DNA from: a virus
Lineage: Duplodnaviria > Caudoviricetes
DNA length: 64,000 nucleotides
IMG/VR virus record: IMGVR_UViG_3300050491_000011
Strand: one strand, 5' to 3'
Positions 36,598 to 45,505 of this stretch are shown here, in pieces; positions within the stretch are counted from its first letter, which is position 1, and each line of letters begins with the position of its first letter. The notes beneath the pieces were generated by a model. That model did not search any database and was not told the DNA's origin. It saw nothing but the letters and a program-made list of their open reading frames with translations. The translations under genes were made by a program, and so were the position numbers.

Positions 36598-37507
36598 GTC
36601 CAGCTCCGAAGATGGGTTGGTATACGTCGAACAGTTTAAGCTTCACCTGTTCAGCACGGCGGCGATCGTCCATCTCGTAGAACAGATCGTCGAGACAGTT
36701 ACCGATAGAGACCTTGGCATCCTCGAAGCTCTCGTTAGAGATCACTGCGAGCGAGAAGATGTCGTTGATAGCCTCTTCCATTGGCTTCTCGATCAAACGC
36801 CCCACAGCCAAGCCGTAGAGTGCTTCCATCGATACACCCAGACCCTCATCGTTGCTGCCCATCTCTGCGCCGATCGAGTCTTTGTTAGTTTTCACCAAAC
36901 GGGACAATCGTTTGAGTAACTCACCATCGCGAGTCATTGTAATCTCATTGACGTTGTCAGCTACAACCGCGGCTTTACAAACACGACGCACGTTCTTAGT
37001 GAAGTTGTCGTGGATCTCGAGGATCTGCTCTTGCAGCAGGTCTTCGGAGTAAGTACCCAATTGTGCCACAAGCTTGACGAACGCTTCATCGACGTCTTCA
37101 GCGGAATCAAGAAGGTCGACAAGGATCGTGGGCGTATCCGTTGGGTCGAAGTTTACGATGATCTCGTAGATCTCCGCCAACATGGCGATAGGGATGTCAG
37201 GTGACAGTTCCACACCGCAAATATTCAGGGATGTTTCAGCTGCAATACGCAGCACTTCATCGAGACTGGAGACGATCTCCGTCGGATCGATGTTCTGATC
37301 ATTCAACTTAGAGAACAGAAGATCCATCTCATCGAGATGGCTGGTCGTGTTGGATTTGATCAGCGACTTGTTCAGGTTAACGTAGATCTCTTCAAGCTCT
37401 GGAGAGCAGCGATCCCGAGCGAGTGTCCGCACTGATAGTTCTGTGACGAAATCATCGTCGGCCTGCATTGGCTTGTCCATCAAAGCCCTCCCGGTTAAAC
37501 CGTACAT
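36584..37507 (-). CDS. Acidic helical hypothetical protein
   Basis: 307-aa ORF overlapping the start of the vRNAP gene. Confidence 0.7.
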   Translation of the reverse strand: MYGLTGRALMDKPMQADDDFVTELSVRTLARDRCSPELEEIYVNLNKSLIKSNTTSHLDEMDLLFSKLNDQNIDPTEIVSSLDEVLRIAAETSLNICGVELSPDIPIAMLAEIYEIIVNFDPTDTPTILVDLLDSAEDVDEAFVKLVAQLGTYSEDLLQEQILEIHDNFTKNVRRVCKAAVVADNVNEITMTRDGELLKRLSRLVKTNKDSIGAEMGSNDEGLGVSMEALYGLAVGRLIEKPMEEAINDIFSLAVISNESFEDAKVSIGNCLDDLFYEMDDRRRAEQVKLKLFDVYQPIFGAGHAEV

Positions 37508-37568
37508 TAATAGATATAGCTACCCTATATATGGGTTCGCTTAAAGCTTCATACTAGAGAGGTTCAGT

Positions 37569-38048
37569 ATGCGTAATAATAATTCCGAGCGATTCGTTGC
37601 TCACGGAAACTCGATCGAAGCTACTAATGCTGAAGTTGAGAAAGAAGTTCAGGGTTATCAGGATACTTTGGCCGTCAGTCTGAATGCTGCGATTCAGCCA
37701 GTAAAAGACCTCGCCGAGTCCATCAACGTATTGCATGCCGAAGGTCGTCAAGAGGACGTGCCTAAATTGACCGGCCTGGTGAAGATGCTCGCTCGTGACG
37801 CTGACGTCTTGATTGCCGAGAAGAAAGTGGTTGATGAGGAACTGGCCAAGCTTCAGGCTAATCCACCAACCAAGAAGCGCCATCTGTCGAACCACCACGC
37901 CGGCCTGATGGCTGCTGGTGCTAAGTACCTCGGTCTGTCCCAGCGTGCGACGAACACCGTAGGTAACATCCTCGGCGATTACATGGATTTGATCGATCCG
38001 CTCAAATCTAAACCTGAAACCGCAGAACAAAGTGAGGCTGTATCGTGA
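37569..38048 (+). CDS. Coiled-coil hypothetical protein
   Basis: GAGAGGT SD; first gene of a three-ORF operon. Confidence 0.75.
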   Translation: MRNNNSERFVAHGNSIEATNAEVEKEVQGYQDTLAVSLNAAIQPVKDLAESINVLHAEGRQEDVPKLTGLVKMLARDADVLIAEKKVVDEELAKLQANPPTKKRHLSNHHAGLMAAGAKYLGLSQRATNTVGNILGDYMDLIDPLKSKPETAEQSEAVS

Positions 38049-39889
38049 GTGACGAACAGATCGTAGATCAACCTGAAGAAGAACGCCCGGTCGTATTGGA
38101 AGAGCAGATCTCCAAACCGGCTGAGTTCACTCCGACTCCTGCTGAAGAGCCTGTAGATCTCAGCGAGCCTCAGTGGCAAGCGATCGATGAACTACCATCG
38201 GGCTTCGCTCACGAGCCAGCACATGAGCATCCAGCGCAAGAAGCTGAAGCTCTGGGTGACCTGATGGCCGCGCTTCCTGTCAGTGAGCAGATCGTCGATC
38301 TGTCCGTACCGACTCCGGAAGCTGACCCTACGCCAACTCGCGAAATGATCGGCGACTACACGCCGAACATGAACGTCAATGACGATCAGGGTATCTTGAC
38401 CGTATTGACCGACGAACAACTGGCGAAGTTCTCTCGCGACAATCCGTCCGTTCTGCTGTCCAACTTCTCGGCTTCCGAACTGGACGTCATGTACGACCAG
38501 ATCGAGCGTCAAGTAGCAGCCGCTCAAGCATCTCGTGAAGAACTCGTGAAGAACGGCGGTGGTGCCGGTCTCTACGCTGGCCGTACTGACGATGGCGAAG
38601 TGATCTACATCACCGTCAACGAAGGTAAGGCGATGGGTGCGATTGACGACTATCGCAAAACCACCGCCCCATACCGCGACAACGATGATCTCTTCGGCGA
38701 CGACAGCGAATGGACCAACCTGCCTAAGGTCGGTGATACTCCGATTGCTCCTGGCCGTCTGGACCACGAGAAGTCGAAAGACCCGGTCATGCGTATCCGT
38801 GGTCGTCTGGGTATGGCTGTTGAATACACCAACCCGTTCTGGGCGTCAGGCCTACACATGGTTATCGAAGGCGCTGGTGCGCTGGAAGAACTCTCTCTGG
38901 ATCAGAAGATCCTGACTGAGAAAGCCGAGATGGGTCGTGACAGCAGCGGTTATGTCTACAGTGCTTCGGCTCTGTACCTGAACCGTCCTGTGGTTGACTT
39001 CGCTCTGAGTCAAGTGCGTAGCACCACCATCGGTACTACTGATCCGCAAGTGCTGAAGAGCCTCCTGCTGATTACTGATATCGATCCGCTGGCGCTGGCC
39101 ATGGCTTCTGCCAACATGCCTAACGGCTTCCTGCTGGAACGTCCTTGCCTGGAACAGATCGGCGGTTGCGGTTACGTTACCAAGCGTCAGGTGAACCTGC
39201 GCCGTATGCTGATGGTTCGTCGTTCGAAGTTGTCGGATGACCAAGCTCAGTTCATGAGCAAGCGTGCTGGTACTGTTGACATCAAGACTGTTCTCGGCTA
39301 CCAAGCCAAGATGCGTCCTGAGATCAGCCGTATCGTCCAACTGAAAGGCGGCATGATCCTGCGCTTCAAGGTTCCTACCATCGCTGAATACGAGCGTATC
39401 GCTTCGGCATGGCTGGACTACATGGATCAGCAGTCCCGTAAGGTTGCTGCCAGCAATGCTAACCAGCAAGAGCGTGAAGCGTTCCTGTTGAAGGCATCTC
39501 GTGTCTCCGTTCTGATGGCCTACGGTCACTGGATCGAAGCTATCCTCGAAACCAACCCTGACGATCTGGCTGCTGAGCCTAAAGTAATGATCGAACGCGT
39601 TGGCGAAGAAGGTAGTCCTGAGCAGTACCAGTCTGACGTTCAAATGCAGCGTCTGTTGGTATCTCTGGCTGTCGATCAGGATCTGAGCGATCAGATCATC
39701 GAAGAGCTCAGCGAGTTCATCAACCAGATGACCATGTCTACACCGGTTATCCCGAAGATGAAGTGCCCGAACTGCGGTAAACAGATGCACGGCGACGATG
39801 CTTCGAAGCATCCACACCTTGTAAACCTGAACGCCGTAGAAGTTTTTTTTACCCTACTCCGCCTCAGAATGCAAAAGCTGTCAAGCTAA
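38045..39889 (+). CDS. Putative tail/baseplate assembly chaperone (T4 gp26/gp51-like, G part)
   Basis: Two Cys motifs (PC...GGCG and CPNCG); acidic Pro-rich N-terminus; ends just after a T8 slippery run. Confidence 0.55.
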   Translation: MSDEQIVDQPEEERPVVLEEQISKPAEFTPTPAEEPVDLSEPQWQAIDELPSGFAHEPAHEHPAQEAEALGDLMAALPVSEQIVDLSVPTPEADPTPTREMIGDYTPNMNVNDDQGILTVLTDEQLAKFSRDNPSVLLSNFSASELDVMYDQIERQVAAAQASREELVKNGGGAGLYAGRTDDGEVIYITVNEGKAMGAIDDYRKTTAPYRDNDDLFGDDSEWTNLPKVGDTPIAPGRLDHEKSKDPVMRIRGRLGMAVEYTNPFWASGLHMVIEGAGALEELSLDQKILTEKAEMGRDSSGYVYSASALYLNRPVVDFALSQVRSTTIGTTDPQVLKSLLLITDIDPLALAMASANMPNGFLLERPCLEQIGGCGYVTKRQVNLRRMLMVRRSKLSDDQAQFMSKRAGTVDIKTVLGYQAKMRPEISRIVQLKGGMILRFKVPTIAEYERIASAWLDYMDQQSRKVAASNANQQEREAFLLKASRVSVLMAYGHWIEAILETNPDDLAAEPKVMIERVGEEGSPEQYQSDVQMQRLLVSLAVDQDLSDQIIEELSEFINQMTMSTPVIPKMKCPNCGKQMHGDDASKHPHLVNLNAVEVFFTLLRLRMQKLSS

Positions 39890-40368
39890 CTCCCAACGGC
39901 GAAGTGTATCACCACATCGGCCTCCACGATTTCGGCAGAGAGATCACTCCGTTCACGGAAGGTACTCCTCTGTACAACTTAATCATGGGTAAGACCGTGA
40001 AGGACGACTTCACTTCGCAGTTGATGTTCCTTGAAGCTTACGACGAAACCTTCGGTATCTTCGACCACGCCACATTCGACCACAACGACCCAATGTCTAT
40101 CATCGCGATGCATCCATCCGAAGATATGATCACTGGGTCACGGTTGGTGTCGTACTCGAGGGAACTGATGGCCTGTCGTATTCCTGAGCTGACCAATAAG
40201 CCTATCGATGAACTGATGAGATTACCCAAGTGGTATTTGGATGATCTTCTGAAGGATGGGCGTAAGGCACGGACTCGGGAAGATGCTGAAGTGGAGAAGA
40301 TGCAGAACGATCTCAAGGCTAGTGCCGAAGCTGCGGCTGAACGTTCGCAGAACGGTGAGAAACCGTAG
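39850..40368 (+). CDS. -1 frame extension (T-like part) of the chaperone; track ORF 39904-40368
   Basis: Frame open from 39781; GTG 39904 lacks an SD; IDELMRLPKWYLDDLL resembles GT/gp51 C-terminal motifs. Confidence 0.6.
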   Translation, partial: YPTPPQNAKAVKLTPNGEVYHHIGLHDFGREITPFTEGTPLYNLIMGKTVKDDFTSQLMFLEAYDETFGIFDHATFDHNDPMSIIAMHPSEDMITGSRLVSYSRELMACRIPELTNKPIDELMRLPKWYLDDLLKDGRKARTREDAEVEKMQNDLKASAEAAAERSQNGEKP

Positions 40369-40371
40369 ACA

Positions 40372-40405
40372 GCATAAAGGGCGGGGTAATCCCCGCCCTT
40401 TATGC
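40372..40405. terminator. Perfect 15-bp palindromic terminator GCATAAAGGGCGGGG-TAAT-CCCCGCCCTTTATGC
   Basis: Read directly between convergent stops. Confidence 0.85.
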
Positions 40406-40409
40406 CCTA

Positions 40410-41744
40410 TCAGTCTTTCAGTACCGATGCAACGTCTTTGCGGTGAACCGAGATCGCAGTGTTCTCGATCAGGGTCAGCTTCGACTTGTTATCGATAGCA
40501 AAGCCATCGATCTTCTTCACGACCACGAGGGTAGCCTTACAGAGATCGTACGAAACCTTGTTACGGGTATCGGTCAAGAAGCCCATGCACTGACTGATCG
40601 ACGTGAAGCCGGTCAATACAGAGGACAGCGACTTGAGGAACGGTACGAGCTTGTTGGCGTAGACTTGTTCCAACCCAGGCTTGAGACCTTTGTTGTTGAA
40701 GCCCTTAACCTTAGCCAACACTGGATCGGTACGCCCACGAGCCCAGCTGATCGTGCCGCTGATCTCTTCCGCCCACTTGGTAGGCTTGTAGTCGATGATG
40801 AGCTTCTTGAAGTCATCTTCTTTGATCTGCGTGCGTTCGTTCATCTGGCTGCGGTAAGCGCCCTTAACGTAACTGGCGATCGACTCGAACGAAGTCAACT
40901 TACCGTTGACGTTCATCTGCTTGACGTTATAGCCGTAGCTAAGCGCCAGCTTGAACATGGCCGCGTTGGTCATGTCGAACAGTTCCATCTTGGCGATGGC
41001 CACGTCAACGTCAGCTTCGGTCTCAGCCTTAGCCAGACCGATCAGGAAGTCTTCAACAGCTTCGGCGAATGGAGGAAGCTTGGTCTTGATGACACCACAG
41101 AGGAGTACCATCTCTTCAAGCTGCTTCTCAGGAGCCAGCAGTTGGCGATCCTTGAAGCTGTTCCACTTACCGTTGATGTTGCGCATCTCGCTGGCGATAG
41201 TACCGTCACGAACACGACGAGCCATCTGAGAGACGGCTGAGTTGTTCGACAGGATCTTGTCGACTTCGATGATGTACTTCTGGAGGGAACCGAGCTTCTG
41301 CTCAAGATCGTCCACCGCCGCAGTCGCTTGACCAGCCTGACTCAACCAGTTCCAAAGCTTATTGCAAGCTTCGATGATGTAAGCCAGCACGCTGCCCAGC
41401 GCATTCACTACCGCCTCGTAGGCGGTCTTAACGAAGCTCTCAGTGGATACTTCGTAGTTGGTGCGACTAGGCTCCTGCGTGAAGCTGTTGATCGGGTAAC
41501 GATCGATCAACTTGCCAAGCACTGGGTAAGTACCAGTCAGTGCTTTGATGTTCTCCATGTCGCTACGGCAAACGTATTTACGCTTGACGATTGTTTCGTA
41601 CGTTTCGAAGACCAGCATCATGTCGTCGAATTCTTTCGCGTGGACGGGGTTAGGCGTCTCATCGATGATCGCAACAGGGGTGTCGTCGTTCTCAATCTCG
41701 GCGGATTCAACCGAGAGGTCGGCTAATGTGATACTGGCATTCAT
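40410..41744 (-). CDS. Internal head (ejection-type) protein with protease maturation sites
   Basis: N-terminal SVE/SAE and VSTE-SF motifs match the phiKZ prohead protease S/A/G-x-E consensus. Confidence 0.65.
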   Translation of the reverse strand: MNASITLADLSVESAEIENDDTPVAIIDETPNPVHAKEFDDMMLVFETYETIVKRKYVCRSDMENIKALTGTYPVLGKLIDRYPINSFTQEPSRTNYEVSTESFVKTAYEAVVNALGSVLAYIIEACNKLWNWLSQAGQATAAVDDLEQKLGSLQKYIIEVDKILSNNSAVSQMARRVRDGTIASEMRNINGKWNSFKDRQLLAPEKQLEEMVLLCGVIKTKLPPFAEAVEDFLIGLAKAETEADVDVAIAKMELFDMTNAAMFKLALSYGYNVKQMNVNGKLTSFESIASYVKGAYRSQMNERTQIKEDDFKKLIIDYKPTKWAEEISGTISWARGRTDPVLAKVKGFNNKGLKPGLEQVYANKLVPFLKSLSSVLTGFTSISQCMGFLTDTRNKVSYDLCKATLVVVKKIDGFAIDNKSKLTLIENTAISVHRKDVASVLKD

Positions 41745-41781
41745 GTTCTCGTCCCTCAGGTCATGCAGATGAAAGGTGTAA

Positions 41782-42216
41782 TCAGGCAGCAGCTTCAGCG
41801 TCTGCTTTCAAGATGTTCACCGCTTGGGTGATCTTGTACTTGTTAACGCCGCTGGAGGCGTACTCAGGCATTACCTTAATCAGGGTAGCCGCGAATGGAG
41901 CTTCACCGACCAGCTCATCGATGCAGCAGCCGTATACCAGCTGGTAACGACGCGACCACAGCTGGAAGCCGTACTCGACAGCGCGATCAACGTCGAACGG
42001 AGCGACTTCGTTGATCTGGTACATGGTGCTACGAACTTCGCCGACGTTCTGGGTGTAGTAGTCACGAACAGCACTGTCTTGCAGTGGAGCGCCTGGCAGG
42101 GTAACCAGAGTTGCAGCCGCGCAGCCCAGAACCGAAGCCAGCAGGTAACGACGGTTTTCGATCTCGGTGCCTTCAGTGAGAGTGGCAACGAGGGCATTAA
42201 CTTTAAGTGGGTTCAT
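41782..42216 (-). CDS. Small virion (minor head-like) protein
   Basis: 144 aa inside a virion operon; ATGA coupling. Confidence 0.6.
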   Translation of the reverse strand: MNPLKVNALVATLTEGTEIENRRYLLASVLGCAAATLVTLPGAPLQDSAVRDYYTQNVGEVRSTMYQINEVAPFDVDRAVEYGFQLWSRRYQLVYGCCIDELVGEAPFAATLIKVMPEYASSGVNKYKITQAVNILKADAEAAA

Positions 42217-43529
42217 TGGTTCAATCCTTTCAGGGAAGCGGACAGTTCGTACAAACGATTGTTAGCGAGGTCTTCCTTCAGATCGTTGGAAGCATGATCT
42301 TGACGAATACCGCGAATCATCTCATAGGTAAAAGCGCCGATCTTCCGAATCACATCGCCGAAGCCATGGATCTTAGAAATCTCATCGTCGATTACCGCGA
42401 GGTCTTCAAGAGCCGCATTACGCGTCTTCTTATCAAGCTTTGGATCTTTGAGCAGGGTTACCAGCTCACGGCGAATCATAGCGATCCGTTGCTCCGGTTG
42501 TGGATACGAAGCACCGTCCAACATCCCGAGACCAGACGTGAAGATCACGTTGATGGAGAAGGTCTTGGCAACGCTCCAGATGGACGCAAGTGCAAAGGCC
42601 GCACGTCCGGCTTCCGACAGCGCCTTAAATGGCAGGCCGACGATCTGAAGGCCGTTAGACAGAAGACCTACCCACTTGGCGTCAAAGCCTGAGCGAGCAA
42701 AGACACCTTTGGCACGTTCACGCTTGGCAATGGCACGTACCAGCGCAGCACCCAGCATCCAGCGAGCAGAGAATTGATCCGCTACTGTTTCGGCAAGACG
42801 CTTATCGTACCAGCGAGTACCAGCCTTCTCTTGCATACGAACAACCTGACCTTGCAATACAAGAGCAGTGATCTCAGCAGGAGAGGCATCATCAGGCAGA
42901 ACCTTGGGGTCCATTGCCGACAGCTTCATGGCAGCCTTACCGATGAGGATACGCTTCTCAAGAGGTACGTCTGGATTGATGGCGCCAACAACCTCAGCAA
43001 GGATGATGTTGGTACGCAGCGTTTCACACATGAACTCGTAGTTAGTCCAAGCGTGGCCGACCTCATGGAAGTAGAGAGCTGTCAGTTCGTCAGGTTCAAA
43101 CAAACCCTCGAACATAGACTTACTCATCTCCATGTCGTTACGCAGCTTCGTGAAGAAACCTGTAACACGACCTTTCTTGAGATCGATCGTACCCGTTACC
43201 AACTGAGCGCCGGTCAGGTTGTTGAAGTCGTACTTCTCGATACGCTTGAGCGCATCAAGGTTGATCGGGTTGATAGCGTTCAGGTTTGGGAGGTGACACT
43301 CGACACGATACGATTCGAGGAAGTTCAACTCTTCAACGTAGACCGCTTCCATCCAGACGCCAGTAGCGTCTTTGGTCAACATGGTGATCTCAGCCAAGTA
43401 CTGACGCACCGCATGGGGGTCGTCGAGATTATCCTGAACTTGAGCAAACAGCTTGGTGATTTGTTTCGGCAACTCGGAGTTCGTTTGGAATGCAATAGCC
43501 TCCAACGACTCGTCAATCTTACTGGACAT
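42213..43529 (-). CDS. Virion head protein with an HExxH zincin-like motif
   Basis: N-terminal ESLE-AI maturation site; FHEVGH plus a downstream ETVADQF. Confidence 0.65.
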   Translation of the reverse strand: MSSKIDESLEAIAFQTNSELPKQITKLFAQVQDNLDDPHAVRQYLAEITMLTKDATGVWMEAVYVEELNFLESYRVECHLPNLNAINPINLDALKRIEKYDFNNLTGAQLVTGTIDLKKGRVTGFFTKLRNDMEMSKSMFEGLFEPDELTALYFHEVGHAWTNYEFMCETLRTNIILAEVVGAINPDVPLEKRILIGKAAMKLSAMDPKVLPDDASPAEITALVLQGQVVRMQEKAGTRWYDKRLAETVADQFSARWMLGAALVRAIAKRERAKGVFARSGFDAKWVGLLSNGLQIVGLPFKALSEAGRAAFALASIWSVAKTFSINVIFTSGLGMLDGASYPQPEQRIAMIRRELVTLLKDPKLDKKTRNAALEDLAVIDDEISKIHGFGDVIRKIGAFTYEMIRGIRQDHASNDLKEDLANNRLYELSASLKGLNQ

Positions 43530-43637
43530 AAATCGACTCCTGCCCCAGTGGGTATCATAGCAATTAGAGGAACTGTTAATCGTACAAATTTAATCGCGTG
43601 ACCAATGCTTTACAGGAACGTAGATTCGAGGTTAGCA

Positions 43638-45458
43638 ATGAAGAAGTTTCTCACACCAGCAGAGATCGATGTACATCTCGCACACATTCCAAAAGATCAA
43701 ATTGTATCCCGTGAGTGCAAGCATGCCACTTACGTTCGTCACCGTGGTGGCGATCAGCAAGACTGTCTGGTGATCAAAGAGTGGGTCACCCTTAAAGACG
43801 GTTCACGGTTCCCACGCGTCAGGATGGTTGAGAACTACAAGCGTCCGTACTGGGTAACGAAAGAACCATTCCGTACTCACCCTGACAAGATTCAGTTCGA
43901 AGAGCTGAAGCGTCTGGACATGTTCCGTGTACCGCAGTGCAAACTGCGTCAAGACATCTGCTTCCGCATTCGTGGGCTGCAACCAAACAACCCAATGAAG
44001 GTGTTGGCTCGCAGTCCTTACTTGTACGGGCTCGACACTGGCCCTGAAGTCTTCATGAAGCAGAGCTACGCCGACAAGTGGCCCAATGCCTTCCAGCCGA
44101 ACAGAGTGTCCGTAATCGACGCCGAGACCGACGTGAACGGTCTGCTGCACTCTAAGCTACAGTTGCCGATTCTTTGGTCATTGGTTAGCGATGATGAGAT
44201 CGTCCTCTACGTGAACGATACGTGGGCGTTTGACATCGACAACTACGAAGAGCAGATCCACAAAGAATACCAATCGGTAATCGGACAGTGGGCTGCGGCC
44301 ATCCGTAAGAAGATGACCAACAAGAAGACTGGCGAGTGTCCTGATTGGGTGGACATGATCGAGAAGATCCCAGTCCGCGTCGAGCGTCTGAAGAATGACT
44401 TCGACATCACTAAGGGGATGGTCGATCGTCTGCATGAAACACAACCGGATCTGGTAACAGGCTGGAACGTATTCTTCGATGCTAAATGTATCGAGAACTC
44501 CGTAACCAACGCTGGCTACGATTTGGCTGACGTCATGTCTGATCCTCGTGTTCCTTACGAGTGGCGCGGTGCGTTGCTGACTGAAGGTCAGGCTGTTAAA
44601 CGTACGTCGTCTGGACGTGAGATGCGTCTTGATCCGCAAGAACGTTGGAACAAGGTACTCAACACAGCCTCATGGCGCATGCAGGACATGATGCAGCTGT
44701 ATTGGCAGTTGCGTAAGGCCAAGGGTAAGGAATCTGGTGGTTACGGCTTAGACGCTGTTCTAGACCGTCAGTTGTCTGTGGGTAAGCTCAAGTACGATAC
44801 CGAAGATACTTCGGTGCCGCCTGGGACACTTCACTGGCACATGGACATGCAGCGGAACTACAAGGTTCGCTACGGCGTGTACAACATCATCGACTCCTTG
44901 GCAGTTTGGGCGCTCGATAAGAAGAACCAAGACTTGAGTTCTCAGATCTCATCTCTTGCAGGTCCACTGGATTACTCCAACTTCAACTCGCAGCCGAAGA
45001 TCAACGTCACTGACATGCTCTTCAGCACGATCAAGAAGCTGGGCAAAGTAATCTGCTCCACATCTGATCAAATGGCCGATGAGAACGATGCGCTGCTCTC
45101 CGGTAAGGATGGGTGGATCGTAACCTTCCCAAGCCACATTGTTGCGGATACGGGACTGTTCTTATTTGAGGACATGCCTGAGATCCGATCAATGATCCAC
45201 ATGTTCAACGCGGATGCTGACGTGGAAACTACGTATCCGATTTCTGAGATCATTCAGAACCTCTCCAGTGAGACGACAATTGCAGAACCTTGTCGTGTGA
45301 TGGGTGTAGGGCGTGAAGCACTGCGTCTTGCAAGTATCAACCTTACTGGTGGTCGTGTGAACTCGGTCGAGATTGTGGAATCCATCTGTAAGATGCCGAT
45401 GTTCGATGAATGGCTGGAACAAGCTACCATTGACATCGAAGAGATCAAAGCAGCATAA
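43638..45458 (+). CDS. Split family-B DNA polymerase, 3'-5' exonuclease plus motif A part (phiKZ gp82-like)
   Basis: ExoI DAETD, ExoII GWNVFFD, ExoIII YNIID, motif A-like DADVETTYP; ATG 43638 with GAGGT SD (track start 43605). Confidence 0.88.
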   Translation: MKKFLTPAEIDVHLAHIPKDQIVSRECKHATYVRHRGGDQQDCLVIKEWVTLKDGSRFPRVRMVENYKRPYWVTKEPFRTHPDKIQFEELKRLDMFRVPQCKLRQDICFRIRGLQPNNPMKVLARSPYLYGLDTGPEVFMKQSYADKWPNAFQPNRVSVIDAETDVNGLLHSKLQLPILWSLVSDDEIVLYVNDTWAFDIDNYEEQIHKEYQSVIGQWAAAIRKKMTNKKTGECPDWVDMIEKIPVRVERLKNDFDITKGMVDRLHETQPDLVTGWNVFFDAKCIENSVTNAGYDLADVMSDPRVPYEWRGALLTEGQAVKRTSSGREMRLDPQERWNKVLNTASWRMQDMMQLYWQLRKAKGKESGGYGLDAVLDRQLSVGKLKYDTEDTSVPPGTLHWHMDMQRNYKVRYGVYNIIDSLAVWALDKKNQDLSSQISSLAGPLDYSNFNSQPKINVTDMLFSTIKKLGKVICSTSDQMADENDALLSGKDGWIVTFPSHIVADTGLFLFEDMPEIRSMIHMFNADADVETTYPISEIIQNLSSETTIAEPCRVMGVGREALRLASINLTGGRVNSVEIVESICKMPMFDEWLEQATIDIEEIKAA

Positions 45459-45505
45459 GGAACCAGCACACTACAGAGTGATCTGTAGTGTGCTGGGGTT
45501 TATGC
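45453..45505. terminator. Long bidirectional hairpin with GCATA...TATGC ends
   Basis: CCAGCACACTACAGA-GTGA-TCTGTAGTGTGCTGG. Confidence 0.85.

Noticed and set aside
37503-37510. TACATTAA as another early promoter
   Set aside because: It is the reverse complement of the annotated ATG TAC start of the minus-strand gene and deviates at the conserved last base
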